In this document: piece after piece, positions 39,755 through 52,811 of the stretch
Position numbering within the stretch: position 1 is the first letter of the stretch
Layout of the letters: every line of letters begins with the position of its first letter
Source: Felis catus
Taxonomy: Eukaryota
Reading direction: 5' to 3'
Length of the DNA: 64,000 bases
Assembly: GCF_018350175.1 (NCBI RefSeq)
Contig: NC_058368.1
Coordinates: 146,694,001-146,758,000 of the forward strand
The notes under the pieces: model-generated
Database searches by the model: none
What the model saw: the letters and a program-made list of their open reading frames with translations, nothing else
What the model was told of the DNA's origin: nothing
Position numbers and translations under genes: made by a program

Positions 39755-40272
39755 AAAGTAGTGCTTCTGGATCTTTAATGCGCCTACTGATCACCTGGGG
39801 ATTTAGTTAAAATGCAGATTCTGCTTCGGGATGTCTGGGATAGGTCTGAGATCCTGCATGTCTCACAAGCTCCCAGGTGGTGCTGATGTTGCTGGAAGGT
39901 AAAGCACACTTTGAATAGCAAGATCTTGGAGTGCTGGTTCTCATCGGTTCATGCATATCATGATCTTCTGGAGTGTCTATTAAAACACAGGTTATTTGTG
40001 CCCCACTCTTAGCTTCTGATCCAGTAGGTCTAGTGCAGTTCTGATAATTTGCGTTTCTTTCTAGTAAGTTTGCAGGCAGTGTAGCTTGGGACACGATCAT
40101 GGAGGACAGTGGTTCTCAAACCTGCCCAAACCTGGCACACTTATAAAGCATACTCAGGCTAGGCACCTCCCCGCTGTCTAGCCTTCCCACCTCCCCATAC
40201 TCTGTTCTTACAGAATCTGATGTAAACCCTCCTGGCTGATCCTATTGCTCAGTAAGGCTTGAGAACCATCGA
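39755..40272. mobile_element. Three adjacent MER5-family elements
   Basis: Repeated agtggttctc-like starts (about 39757, 39933, 40108), tcacctgggg / aaaatgcagattc / ctcccaggtg motifs and ttgagaacca end. Confidence 0.7.
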
Positions 40273-41989
40273 TAAAAGGCCTCATAGGTCACATGAGGAC
40301 TTCAGATGTTATTTGAAATATAATATGATGTACTAGACCTGATGAAATCCTTACAACTAAACTATACCTTTATCTAGATAGGTGAATAAATAATCCCTAT
40401 GAGGCAGCTACCGTCTTCATTATTATCTCTTTTATTACAAATGAAGGAGACTCAGGTTAGCCAGACAACTTGTTAATTTCTGCAGAGAAATATATTAAAA
40501 GGTACACAAATTGGTTAGTTTTGAAATCTACTCATGCCAAAGTGGCTATATATTTTTGCTCCCACTTTCTATTAACTTGAGTCTGTTTCATTATGGGTTA
40601 TGTGGCAGAAGCTAATTACTGGGAGCCTGTAATTTGAAGTGACAGGTAATTGAAACGTGGGTTCTCTATGAATGTCACTGTAATGCATAATACATTATTA
40701 AATACTAATTATTTAAAACACAAATGAAGGCAATTGAAGTCAGCCCCAGCAGTTAGTGGTTAAAAATAAAATTGAGACTACAGATAATTAACATGGGTCC
40801 AAAAAAGCTCATTTCAAGTTAGCCTGAAAAAATTATTTTTTGTCATTCGGTATTAATTATGGTACGATAATATGTCTATTTTCATTTATTTTAAATTAAC
40901 TTTATTTAAAATTATGTTTAATTTTATTTTATCTGCACTCACCTCATTTAATCAGAATCAAAAGCAGAACAAAGCTCTGAATCCAAGAAATAACGAAAGT
41001 GATCTATCCTATGCGTGTATTAATATTTAATCTTCTTTGCTGAATTAACACTCTAATGTTGCCAACACAAACCTCAGCGGAAACAGTGACTCTTTTAAAA
41101 GAATATGAAAGCAGATTTTAGTTTAAGATGGAATATTATTATCTTATAAAATTTGATCACTCACTCGTTTTCTAAATGGAAAAATGTCTAATTAGAACAA
41201 TACATATCACCAATTGTTTATACCTGTACACACTGTAACTACAAATATATATAGTATATATGTATACTATATATATGTAACTACAAATATGTAACTACAA
41301 ATAATATATAGTATATACATAAACTTATCTATCTATATCTATAGCTGTATCTATATAATATCCTTCTTGGGTTTTTTTGCTTCTGAAATTGTCCATCTGA
41401 CAACTTGGATCCTACAGTAGCATCGCTGTTAATGATGCATCTTATACAGGAGCACAAAAAACGTGTAGATTTCTAAAAGTGTAGTCCAAGTAATCGCTAG
41501 TGCTAAACTTAGATCTATGAGTTATAGAAAAGACTCCAGAATTCTGTAGTGTGCGCTTCTCCAGTACAAATATTCCATAGTGCTGTGAAAATTAGAGCTC
41601 TAACTTCCTCTGACATCTCTCTGCATTGGGGGACTGGTAGCAAAAACCAATTCTGGACCATTAACATCTTTATGGGGGCTTTAGAACCCTAACCTCTAGT
41701 ATTTAGTTTCCTACAAGAGCAGCAATCTATAAGGCTAATTACAGTTGTAATGAAAACAAACTTACCATAGTTGTAAAGATTTGTAGCTATTAATATGGGT
41801 AGAAACAATATATCTTTCTGATCTTTGATACTTCTTGTTGGCTATCCTAAATCAATAGATAGATAGATAGATAGATGATAGATAAATAATCTTTGTAGTC
41901 TAGTATTTTAAAACAAACAAGAAATTGAGAAAGACAAGGTTGTCCAAAGGAACCCTCGCCAAGGAGGGCACAACGGCCATGTTTTGTGT

Positions 41990-42960
41990 CCGTAGCATTT
42001 GACCCAGTTGATCATTCAATTAAACTTCCCCTGTAAACAGTCTTGCACTTGGCTTCCAGGAATCACATTCTCCTGTTTTTGTTTTACTCTTTGGTCATCT
42101 CCCTTCCTTGTTAGTTCATCCACATCTTTTCTGTTTATATACTCTCTCTTGTTGATCTCATCCAGTCTCTTGTGACTGTGAATGTCATATGTATGTTTAT
42201 GACACAGCCTGGATGTCTTCCTTGAACTCCGAACTCACATAGCCAATCACCTACCCTACATCTTCGCTTGAATGTTAGCAAGCATTTCACACTTAACATG
42301 TCCCAATACAAACTCCTGCTCTTCCCTCCTCCCTCCTCCCTCTATTGTCTTTCCTATCTTAATACATCCATTGCTACCACTCTGATCCAAGCCACTGTTA
42401 TCTTTTACCTGGATTGAGAAATAACCTATTATCTAGACTCACAGGTCCATCCTGGCTCCACTTTGGTTTACTCTTATGAGAGCAGCTAGAGGGACCCTGT
42501 TAAAACCTAAGCCAGAACATGTCATTCCACTATTGAATATTCTACAGTGGCTCCCTGTCTCTCTCAGAGTAGAAGCCACGAATGGACCAAAATTGTGTGG
42601 GGTCTTTGTACACCTGGCTCCATAGTACCTCTCTAATTGTTTTTTCTACTGCTCCGCCTCATGCTCAATCTGCTCCAGCCATATGGGTCTCCTTGCTGTT
42701 CCTTAAAGCATACTTAACACTCACTCCCGCCTACATGCTTTCCACTTGCTTTTTTGTCTGCCTGGATCACTCTGGCTCCAGATACCTGCTTGCCTTGTTC
42801 CCTCACTTCTTTCCGATCTTTATTAAAATGTTACCTTTTCAGTGAAGACTTCCCTGAACATCTCTTTAAAATTATAACTCTCTTGTTCAACACTTCTTGC
42901 CCTCCTTCTTTGATTTGTTTTTTACTTTTAGCCTATTAGTCATTTATTGAACATTTGATC
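41990..42960 (+). mobile_element. L2 fragment
   Basis: Pyrimidine-rich L2 motifs cttggcttccag, gatctcatccagtctc, cacttaacatgtccca, cagtgaagacttccctga. Confidence 0.75.
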
Positions 42961-42991
42961 CATGTGTGCCTGTTTTACAGAATTGTTTCTT

Positions 42992-43220
42992 TTTTTTTAA
43001 ATTAATTAATTAATTAATTTATTTATTTATTCAAGAGAGAGAAAGAGAGAGAGTGCATGAACAGGGGAGAGTTAGAAAGAGAGGAAGAGAGACAAAATCC
43101 CAAGCAGGATCCACAGTATCAGCCTGGAGCCTGCCATGGGGCTCACACTCACAAACCGTGAGATCATGGCCCGAGCAGAAATCAAGAGTCAGATACTTAA
43201 CTGAGCCACCCAGGTGCCCC
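42992..43220 (-). mobile_element. CanSINE
   Basis: TSD cagaattgtttctt (42978) / cagaactgtttctt (43221). Confidence 0.93.
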
Positions 43221-43769
43221 CAGAACTGTTTCTTAATATACTCTTTCTCCCTATTCCTTGTTACTTGTCTGTTCAAAAAGCTAGATTTCCACTTTCTTTC
43301 TTGCTTTCTTGTTTATTGCTTACTGAGGGGGACTGCTGTGTATCAGACCCTGTGTTCGGTGCTGAAAAATACTGTAATGAAACAAACATTATCCATGCTA
43401 TCATGGAGCCTGTCATACGGTTGCTGGAGAAAGACACTGGCTAAATAACACAAATACATTTAAGCTATAAATGGTAGTAAAGGATTATGAGGGCGGAAAC
43501 AGTACTATAGTGACATTAGAGCTGAGTGAAGGTGTAGATGAGAACGAACAAGTAAAGCAGACCCCATACAGTCTGGAGGGGGTGCATTTCAGGGAAAGCA
43601 AACAAACCCATATGAAGGACCCAAGGGAATTAAAAACAAAAGCAAAAAAAAAAAAAAAAAAAACCCACGACATCTTTGAGAAACCAAAAGAAAGCCAATG
43701 TGTTTGAAGTGAGAGATTGACAGTTCCTGTAGGTTCTACAGCATCATGTAATCGTAAAGAGATTAGAGG

Positions 43770-44030
43770 TCACATCCAGGCTTCGCCTTTTATTTGGCTT
43801 GTCATATTTGACAAGTTACTTAACTACTCTGTGCCTTAGTTTCCTCATCTGTAAAATGGGCATATTTTTAGTGCCCACTTCATATAGTTGTTGGGTTATC
43901 AAATGAGCCATTACATTACATAACCTTACATTACTTAAAACAGTATTACATTACATTACATTACATTATATTACATTACATTACATTACTTAAAACAGTA
44001 TTTGTCATGTAGTATATATTTTAATATAAA
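43770..44030 (+). mobile_element. MIR interrupted by (TTACA)n
   Basis: caagttacttaactactctgtgccttagtttcctcatctgtaaaatggg MIR core; TTACA array 43911-43988. Confidence 0.85.
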
Positions 44031-44735
44031 TTTGAACATATATTCTGAATTCAATTTCTTCTCACCACATGTGCAGCATCTACTCTGGTCCACCACCATT
44101 TCTTGCCCTATTCCTAAAAAACTGCTTTCTATTTTGGCTCTTTGTATTCACAAGCCAGTATAATCCATACTCCACACAGAAATCAGGGAGAATTGTTTTT
44201 TATTGAAATTTAATCATACCACTCATCTGCTCAAAACATTCCTAGATTTAAAGTAAATCCACTTAGAATAAAATACCAGGCTTTTTTCCATGGGCCTTAA
44301 GGCCCTCCACGACCTGGCTTTTGCCTACCCTTCCGGCCTCGTTTTCTACCAGGTTCCCTTCACTCACTATGTTTTTCTGTCTCAATCTTATTTTCATCTC
44401 CTAGACTTTCAGTGTCACGTTTTCCATCTCCAGCGGGTGCGTTCTCTAGCTCTCCACTCCTCACTTTTCACCTCTCTGCTCAAATAACCTCTTAAAAATG
44501 ACTTTCAGGATTGTTGCATCTAAACAGGCACATACTGGGGCACATGGAGGGCTCAGTCAGTTGAGCATCTGACTCTTGATTTCCGCTTAGGTCATGACCC
44601 CAGCCAAGGTTGTGGGATGGAGCCCCAAGTCAGGCTCTGCACTGAGCATGGTGCCTGCTTAAGATTCTCTCTCTCTTTCTCTTTCCCTCTGCCCCTCCCC
44701 CACTGTCTCTCTCTCTCTAAAATAAAACCTTTTTT

Positions 44736-44957
44736 TTTTTTAATTTTTTTTTCAACGTTTTTATTTATTTTTGGGACAGAGAGAGACAGAGCATGAACGG
44801 GGGAGGGGCAGAGAGAGAGGGAGACACAGAATCGGAAACAGGCTCCAGGCTCCGAGCCATCAGCCCAGAGCCTGACGCGGGGCTCGAACTCCCGGACCGC
44901 GAGATCGTGACCTGGCTCAAGTCGGACGCTTAACCAACTGTGCCACCCAGGCGCCCC
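44736..44957 (-). mobile_element. Young SINEC_Fc-type SINE, copy 1
   Basis: TSD AAATAAAACCTTTTTT at 44720-44735 and 44958-44973. Confidence 0.95.
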
Positions 44958-44965
44958 AAATAAAA

Positions 44966-44973
<8 letters not shown>

Positions 44974-44996
<23 letters not shown>

Positions 44997-45232
44997 GTTT
45001 TTTTTTTGTTTTTTTAATTTTTTTTTTTTCAACGTTTATTTATTTTTGGGACAGAGAGAGACAGAGCATGAACAGGGGAGGGGCAGAGAGAGAGGGAGAC
45101 ACAGAATCGGAAACAGGCTCCAGGCTCTGAGCCATCAGCCCAGAGCCCGACGCGGGGCTCGAACTCACGGACCGCGAGATCGTGACCTGGCTGAAGTCGG
45201 ACACTTAACCGACTGCGCCACCCAGGCGCCCC
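44974..45232 (-). mobile_element. Young SINEC_Fc-type SINE, copy 2 (long tail)
   Basis: TSD AATAAAACCTTTTTT at 44959-44973 and 45233-45247. Confidence 0.95.
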
Positions 45233-47169
45233 AATAAAACCTTTTTTAATTAAACAAATAAATAAACAGCGAGATACTTTGTCCTTCATCCCTGTGAATC
45301 ATTTACTGTTTTATTCTTTACTTTAGACTCTTTCTCAGCTGAAGTTACATTAATTATTTCATTGTTTACTTATTTACATTAATTATTTCATTGTATACAT
45401 GTCTTCGTTACTAGTTGTGACAGCCTATAACTATTATATACTAGGGACTCAATACCTATTTGTTGAATAAATGGATTCTTTTACATATTCTGAAAAATGA
45501 AAGAAGAATGATTGAAGATATTTTCCTGGAGGTTGTGAATTATTTCCACTTAGCTGCACAGATGGGAAGGCATGTTTTTAGCTGTCTCATTTGTTCTTCT
45601 CTCTCAGGGATTGTTGTCTGGTACTGCCTGTCATTCAGTATCTGAAAACCATTGTTTTATATGTTTTATTTGCTTTGTCATTGTTGCTGTTATTGTTGTT
45701 TAAAAACAAAGAATAAATCTGATTCCCATTTCTCTGTCTTGGTGGAAACTAAACACTTCCACATATATGATTTTCATGACTCCAAATGGATCTACTTCGT
45801 ATGGACCTTAACAAATGGAGGGCATCTCAATAAAAGCAATTCGTGTATAGTATTGTGTTTCCTTTCGATTGTATCCCAGGTCCTTGATACTTAAGTCAAT
45901 ACACTACTATCTTGGGATACCATGCATGTCACGGGGAGATGTATGAATACAAACTTAGAAGGGTCTATTTAGCATTTCCTTGCTCTTTCCCTAGGACTCA
46001 TCTCTGTTATTTCAGATCTTGTGTGTTGAAGAACCATGGTAGATCCAAGATTAGATGCTGCAGACCCACAATCCAACATGTCACTGGACCCTATGCGGTG
46101 CTTTGAACAATTCTTGCTGATTTTTCCCTAAACCAGATAGACTGTTTCTAAACACAGTGCTAGAAAAGGGAACACACTGAGGTGATACCTTCAAGAATTT
46201 AATTGTTTTGAGAGTCAACACAAAGTTTTTGTTGTAAGAAGAATGCCCCCACCTCCCACCCTGGAAAAATATTTAAATGCTAAAATTAAATAGACTTATT
46301 CAATAGATCTATACTTGGAATTTGAAATATGGTTCAAAACAAAAAGAAATATTTCTATGGAAAATCAGGCTTCTATTGCATTGATTTCGAGGCAAAATAT
46401 TTCAACTTAAATATCCTAGAATTGCCTTTCTACAAACTAAGAAGTGGATAATTAGACATGAATTCAACCACTAACACTTACACTTTCTATTTTCATTCAG
46501 AACGAAACTAGTTTTCTCCATCAGTTAAAAGGCTGAAAACGGGTAATTTTATTACAGCATTGAAAACTGTTTGATATTTAGTTCTTTGTGTAATCAAAAG
46601 GAAATACATAAAGAACTTTGAAAAAGACCTTCTGTTGGTAATTGTTCTGATGTGTGATGCCAGTTGCTGTATTGAGACCTAGTCTGGCTCCAAGAAGTTG
46701 TACATACCCTACATATAATGATACCCTGGAAGGAGGGGAAAGCACTAATTTACACTGAACAATTAGTTCTAATACAAATGGAGAATATCAACTAGTGAGT
46801 TTTTTATAATGTAGTTTGAATTTTAGATGTAAATAGAATATTCAAATTTCCTGTTCCATACTACTAGGTTAACCATAGTGGCCTGACATCAGTGTCTAGA
46901 TTTTAGGTGCTAACTTGGATTAAAGGCTTCATTAAAGTATTTTGGTTAATAAGTTGCCTAGAAGACCTGACTTGTGAAAATCTCGTTCATCAGAAATCTC
47001 TAGGAGACACTCGCTATTATTGGGTAGGATACAATAGGAGAATTATGACAAGGAACAAAAGGAAAAAAATGATTTTCTCAATCAAAATTACAGGGATAAA
47101 TCCCAAAATGATAGTTCTAAATTGACCTAAAAGTTTTTCTGGGACAGTGGAACAAAATGTGAAAGTACG

Positions 47170-47223
47170 TTCATTCATTCAATATATATATATACACGTA
47201 TATATATATGTGTGTATATATAC

Positions 47224-47266
<43 letters not shown>

Positions 47267-47805
47267 AGGCACAAACTATGTTTCAGTCACTGTCCTAGGT
47301 ATTTTGGGAACATCAGTAGACAAAAACAAAAATGCCTATAATTCCTGCCCTGATAGAGCTTAAGTCCTATTAGAGGACAAAGACACAATAAACATAAACA
47401 TAATAGATGAGTATATTACAAAGTAGAGAAAGTGAGAACTTTGGAGAAAATAATAGAAAGTGAAGTAGGGGCAGGCAAGCTGGCTGCAGTGTCAATAATG
47501 TCTGGGTTTATCTCATGCAAAAAGTATGTTTTGATTAAAAACTTGAAGGAGATGAGGTACTTAGCTAAATGATATCAGAAGAAATAGTGTTCCAAGCTGA
47601 GGGAGTGGTCAGTGCAAAGGCTCTAAGATGGGAGATTCCTCGAAAGACAGTGGGTAACAGCAAGAAGGCTAGCATGCGCAGAGTAGAATGAACAAGCCAG
47701 GGGTGGGATTGGGGATGGGGATGGGGGTAGGGTATTGGGAAAAAGATCATAGGTAATACAGAGCTAGACTTTTGGGTTTTACTCTGAGAGATATGGGGAT
47801 CCACT
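47170..47805 (-). mobile_element. L2 3' fragment with (TA)n expansion
   Basis: ttcattcattcaa tail, cctgccctgatagagctta, gtgcaaaggctctaag; (TA)n-rich tract 47182-47262. Confidence 0.75.
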
Positions 47806-48082
47806 GCGTCACTCGAATCACCTCCCCATTCTTAAAGGAGGAGACACTTTTTTGCTCTATAGGTCTAAAATTAATTATCTACTTTGGTCATTATGGCTGA
47901 AGCTGTACTTCTTCCCATCCCGAGCACCAACCTCTATCTTGTCTCCCAGAGCATCAACATCATCACTTACTTTATATTAAGGAGTGATAAGTTTACGGTA
48001 CTTAGCCAGTTAATGAAGAAATTAATAGCAGTAATAGCTTTGTAAATTACCATAGTCAAATTCCTTTTTACCATGAGCTAGG

Positions 48083-48313
48083 ACATGAGTCAACAAGCGT
48101 TTTCCTTTTTGCTGTAAAGGGGCAGAGAGTAAATACTTTTAGCCTCTCTGATATATGGTGTCTGTTGCAAATACTCAGCACTGCCATGGGGGTGTGAAAG
48201 CAGCAATAGATAACAGTGTAAACAAAGATACACAGCTTGGTTCCAGTAAAAATTTATTTACAAAACCAAGTGGCAGGCTAAATTTGGGCCACAGGCTGTA
48301 GTTTGCTTACCTT
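48083..48313. mobile_element. MER58A-like hAT element
   Basis: ctgtaaaggggcagagagtaaatactttt...ttccagtaaaaatttatttacaaaa...ggctgtagtttgc. Confidence 0.85.
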
Positions 48314-48471
48314 TATGATAGAATATAGAGGGTATATTAGCTTTGGAGTAGGGACCAGTGGGTGAGGAGAGGTGCAGCACAGTGCCCGCAAAGAGCAATC
48401 ATAAAACTCTGGTATCGGACAGACCTGTCCTTCAAGCTCAATTCTTCTCTTTGCACTATGCACATAGCAGG

Positions 48472-48862
48472 TGTTATGGACTGAATGTGCCCTCCCCCTA
48501 CCCCCTGCTCAAATTCATATGTTGAAGCCCTAACTCTCAATGCAATGGTTTATGGAAGTGGGGGCCTTTTGGAGGTAATTAGGTTTAGATGAGGTCATGG
48601 TGGTGGGGCCCCATGATGGGATTAGTGTCCTTATGAGAAGAGAAAGAGAGACCAGAGCTTTCTCTTTTTCTCTCTACCATAGGAAGACACAGCAAGAAGA
48701 CAGACATCTACAAGCCAGGAAAAGGATCATTAGTGGGAACTGAATTTGCAGGCACCATGATTTTGGATTTTCTAGCCTCCACAACTGTGAGAAATAAATG
48801 TGTGTTGTGTAAGCCACTCAATCATGATATTTTTTTTATAGCAGCCCAAGCTGACTAAGACA
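48472..48862 (+). mobile_element. MaLR solo LTR (MLT1A-like)
   Basis: TG...CA ends (tgttatggactgaatg ... gactaagaca); perfect 5-bp TSD GCAGG at 48467-48471 and 48863-48867. Confidence 0.92.
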
Positions 48863-48974
48863 GCAGGCGTTCAAAAATACAAGAGAATGTTTACCAGTTT
48901 TCAGACTTTCAGCAAAAATTGTCACTTCAGGATACAATGATGACTTCAGAAATAAGGGAGAAAATGTTGTTGCA

Positions 48975-50100
48975 TTGACTATTCTCTCTAAATATTGCCT
49001 CTGTCCCCTTCCCTCAGTCCTGTCCTCCCAGTACTCCAGTTACACAGATTTACACCTTTTGATTATGCCTTACATGTCTCTTACTTTCTGTTTTGTTTAC
49101 TCTATTTGATTTTTATGCCTCTGTTTTGCCTATTTTTATTTACCTGTCTTCCATTCCTCAGCCCTGGCTGATATTGTGTTCAGTCTGCTGTAAAACCTAC
49201 CCGATAATTTCCTAATTTCAAGTATTGTGTTTTTCATTCTAAAATGTCCTTTTGATTTCTTATTTATTCCTTTTTTTTTGCTTAATTCTCAATATTTTCT
49301 GCCATTCAACCAACTTCTTCTAATATGTGGATCACCTGTGGATCTCTTTTTCCCCTTGGTTGTTAGCAAACTTCGTGTGTCCTATGTATTATCATGCTTC
49401 ATAAATTTGGATATTGTGGGTTAAAAAAAGAACTGTAGAGGCTCTGTGATTTCTTTCAAAAAGAGCTAGTTTTTTGTTTGTTTGTTTGTTTGTTTTTGGC
49501 AGGCAGACAGATCCTGCTGAGGTGTGATTTTAGGCTTTCTTAAGGCCAGACTGTTAAATTTTTTACCTTATTTGACCTTATTTCTGGTTGGTTTCTCTTG
49601 CTACTAAGGCATTCCCTTTCTGAAGTCTTGACTAAAATCTTATAGTGTTTACTGATGCATCTCCTCTTTGGTAAGGCTTAAATTCTAACTTCTGTTTTCT
49701 CAGTACAGCATGCTGCTGAAATCTGTGATCAGATTTTTAGATCTCCAGCTGCTATTTTCATCTGGTTTGGCAGAATCTCACTCGACTCATGCACAGCTTA
49801 GACACTGTCCAACAGCTTGTGGGGAATATGTACATGGGTTTCTGGGCTCCTTTTCTGAATTTCTTTCACTATCCACAAAGTTGCTTCTGGAGTGCCTCAC
49901 CCCTGCAAGACAGCCACTTGCTATGTGGGCCCTATTTCCTCATGCTTGAATGTGGAAAAACATCTTAGAGAAAAAGCCAGAGGACATGGGGGCTCACTTT
50001 CTGTGCTTTCTCCTCTGAAGGCTTACAGCACCCGTATTGCTGGCTGGCTCATGGATTTGTTTTGCATGTCTTATCCAGTTCTTACTGCTGTTCCAGTCAT
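48975..50100 (-). mobile_element. Ancient L1 ORF1/5' region remnant
   Basis: Degenerate T-rich L1M-like motifs (aatattgcctctgtcc, tactccagttacac, agtctgctgt). Confidence 0.55.
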
Positions 50101-50149
50101 AGCATGAATCCAATACAAGATGCTCCTCCATGGCTGGAACCAGCTCCCC

Positions 50150-50800
50150 TTTACTCTTCAACTCACTGGAAGGTAATTTCCATCCCACTCCTCCTGTGAA
50201 ACTGCTCTTGCTGGGGTCACCACTAACTTCCATGGTGCTGCTCGGGGGCATTCTTCTCAGGCCTTATTCTACTCTCTCTCTTAGCATTTGACACAGCTGG
50301 CCCCTTTCTGTCTTTGGCTTTCATGTCACACACTCTTGGAATTCCTTCTACCTCTGTGACCATTTTTCCTCAGTCTTCTTTGTAGACTTAACTCTCCTTT
50401 ATCCAACATTTAATGTTGGGGCCCCTCACAGGCTCTCTGATAGGTGCTCTTTGCGTCTGCCTCCACAGCCCTTTGTAGATGATCTCATTCAAATCTGATG
50501 ACTGCCACACTATGGTGGAAACTGTCAGATTTATATTCCCAGACCAGGACCCTTTTCTAAGCTTCACAACTTGGATCTAATAGCCTACCAGAGATCTCGA
50601 CTCGGATGACTCACAAGGATTTCCAAATTTAGTGTGCCTAAAGCTGAATTACTTTTGTGCTGTATGCTGACCTCCCCCTCTTCCCGAGTTCTTTATCTCA
50701 GTAAAGGACATCATCATCCTCCACACCCTCCCTGCCCTGCCTGTTACCCTTGCCAGACACTTGGGAATAACCTGGATTCTTCCCTCACATTTCAACACAC
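50150..50800 (+). mobile_element. L2 fragment
   Basis: gaaactgctcttgctggggtcacc...agcatttgacacagctgg...ttggctttcatgtcaca. Confidence 0.7.
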
Positions 50801-51399
50801 CAGGTTTCAGTAGCTCATCTTTTCCTTAGTCTTTCAAGTTTGTGAGAGTTCATCTCTTTGCTGGCTGAGGACTTTACTTTCTCTGCTCTGGGTCAAGTAC
50901 ACAGTTCCCATCAGAGTCTTTTTTGTTAGGGTATTTGAGAGTATAGGGGCTGTGAACTTTGAAAACACAGCAGAGGACAGGTACCTAAGGTCATAGGCAA
51001 GGCCAAAGCCATCGAATACAGATTAATTTATGTTTGCTATGCTTGGTTTTAGATGTTTAGAACATTTGTGATTAATGTTTAAATAATTTCTGAGAGACTT
51101 TAGAAATTTGGAAGCTAATGATAGGGGTTATAAGGTAAATTCTATAAGGCTTGTCTCATGGAAGATAGTTACCATCTCATAGCAGCTACTTGCTGGTTGG
51201 ACTATGAATTTGTGTTCCACAGGTTGAAATTTTAGGCTCATTTTATTCATATATGACTGGCAGTTTTAGGTTTATGCCTGCCATCTAGTCTACTAAATGT
51301 CTTAGAAAGTTAAAATACTTCTTAAAAAGAATAGTATACTTTAGTAAATGAGAGATGGTCTAAACGTACTGATACTCTTTATTTTTGTACAATTTGCTT

Positions 51400-51985
51400 C
51401 AGAACCCCAAGACATAGCACAGTACCCACTGACCCTGGGTGACCTTAGGCAAGTCATTTACCTTCTCTTTACTTTCCTCATTTATAAATTGATAATAGTG
51501 CCTGCCTCATTGGTCGTTATGAGGTTCAAGTGATTTTGTATTTATAAAGTGCCTAGAATAGCATTTGGCACAGTGTAAACATGATGATAACTGTTAAATA
51601 AATTAAATAAAGTATGCCTGGCTTTTCCTTTTTAATTTCTGTATTATTTTGTGGAAGAACTAAGGTGTCAGCAACCCTGAATTCTCACCTCAGAGGTGTT
51701 TGTTTAGCCTTGTGGCCTTAGCACCACTTAATTTTTAGTATCCCTTAGCTTTGGTTCTATATCTGTAACATAATAAGTAACACTAACGGAATACTTCCCT
51801 TGTGCTTCTGCGAAGCACTTGACCTACATCATTGCACAACGATGTGTCTAGATAGGTTGTGGGACAATAATCTTTATTTTATCTGAGGTTTAGAGAAGAG
51901 AATAACTTGCCTGAAGTTACACAGCTAGTAAACGTGGCATCCAGGCAGCATCTCTGGTTCCAGAATTCAAAGCTCTCAGACACCT
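51400..51985. mobile_element. Two MIR fragments in opposite orientation
   Basis: gtgaccttaggcaagtcattta...ttcctcatttataaa (+); taacttgcctgaagttacacagctagtaa (-). Confidence 0.75.
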
Positions 51986-52811
51986 CATTCTTTCTCAGGG
52001 CTGCTTATTTTTTACTTACAGAGCTTTTAGGCATTGAAAAGCAGCCCAGATTTCAGCCAGGCCTCTGCCTCTGAAAACGCCTGCAGCTTGGCTGTGCAAA
52101 TCCCTGAGATTGTCTCATAACAGAGTGAGACGTCGCCACTGCCTCCTGGTGCAGGCTGGATTCCAGCCCACTTGAACAGCTCTCTAGCTCTCCTGGAGAT
52201 GAGTAGTGCAGCCTGGGCTGGGCTTCGTTCCTTGGCTTTTGGCTCTCTTCTGTCATTGCTTTCTTTTAAGAATGCATTTGCAATTATAACAAAGAAATCA
52301 TGCAGCCCCTAAGCCCAGTGTTTTCTCTGAATTATGTCCTCGTTTCCCTTGGCAACCATGTAGCTTGACCCCCCACCAAGCAGGTCTCCCTGTAGCTTCA
52401 GCATTTCAAAACTGAATCCTGCTCTCAAGAGAATTGTTGGTTTTCCAGAATCTAGATTATCCTTGCAGAGGCCCTCAAGTGACAATGTATTTGTTTATTT
52501 GTCATTTAATACCTTTGTCACTCTAATGGTGAGAAAAGCAGGGCAGGAAGGAAGGGTCATATGGTGGCAGGGTAGTGTTTTCAGACCAGTAGAATCTTGC
52601 GGTACCTCTTAAACCACACTGTGTTAGTGGTCAGCACTAGAAAGAGTCTCCACCATGGAGATGAGGAAATCAAGACCAGTAGAGGCTAACTGCTTTGCTC
52701 AGGATCCTATGTTACCTCGACACTTGACCAGGACCAGCCTTCCTGACACACGTATTTCACACCAAACTCATGTGTGTAGCAGGTATGAATCCCAGACCAC
52801 AGATTCAGGTG

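Larger units (their letters stand above)
44537..45262 (+). mobile_element. Older CanSINE whose A tail is split by two younger SINEs
   Basis: Head ggggcacatggagggctcagtc; degenerate TSD TAAACAGGCACATACT (44521-44536) / TAAACAGCGAGATACT (45263-45278). Confidence 0.88.
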
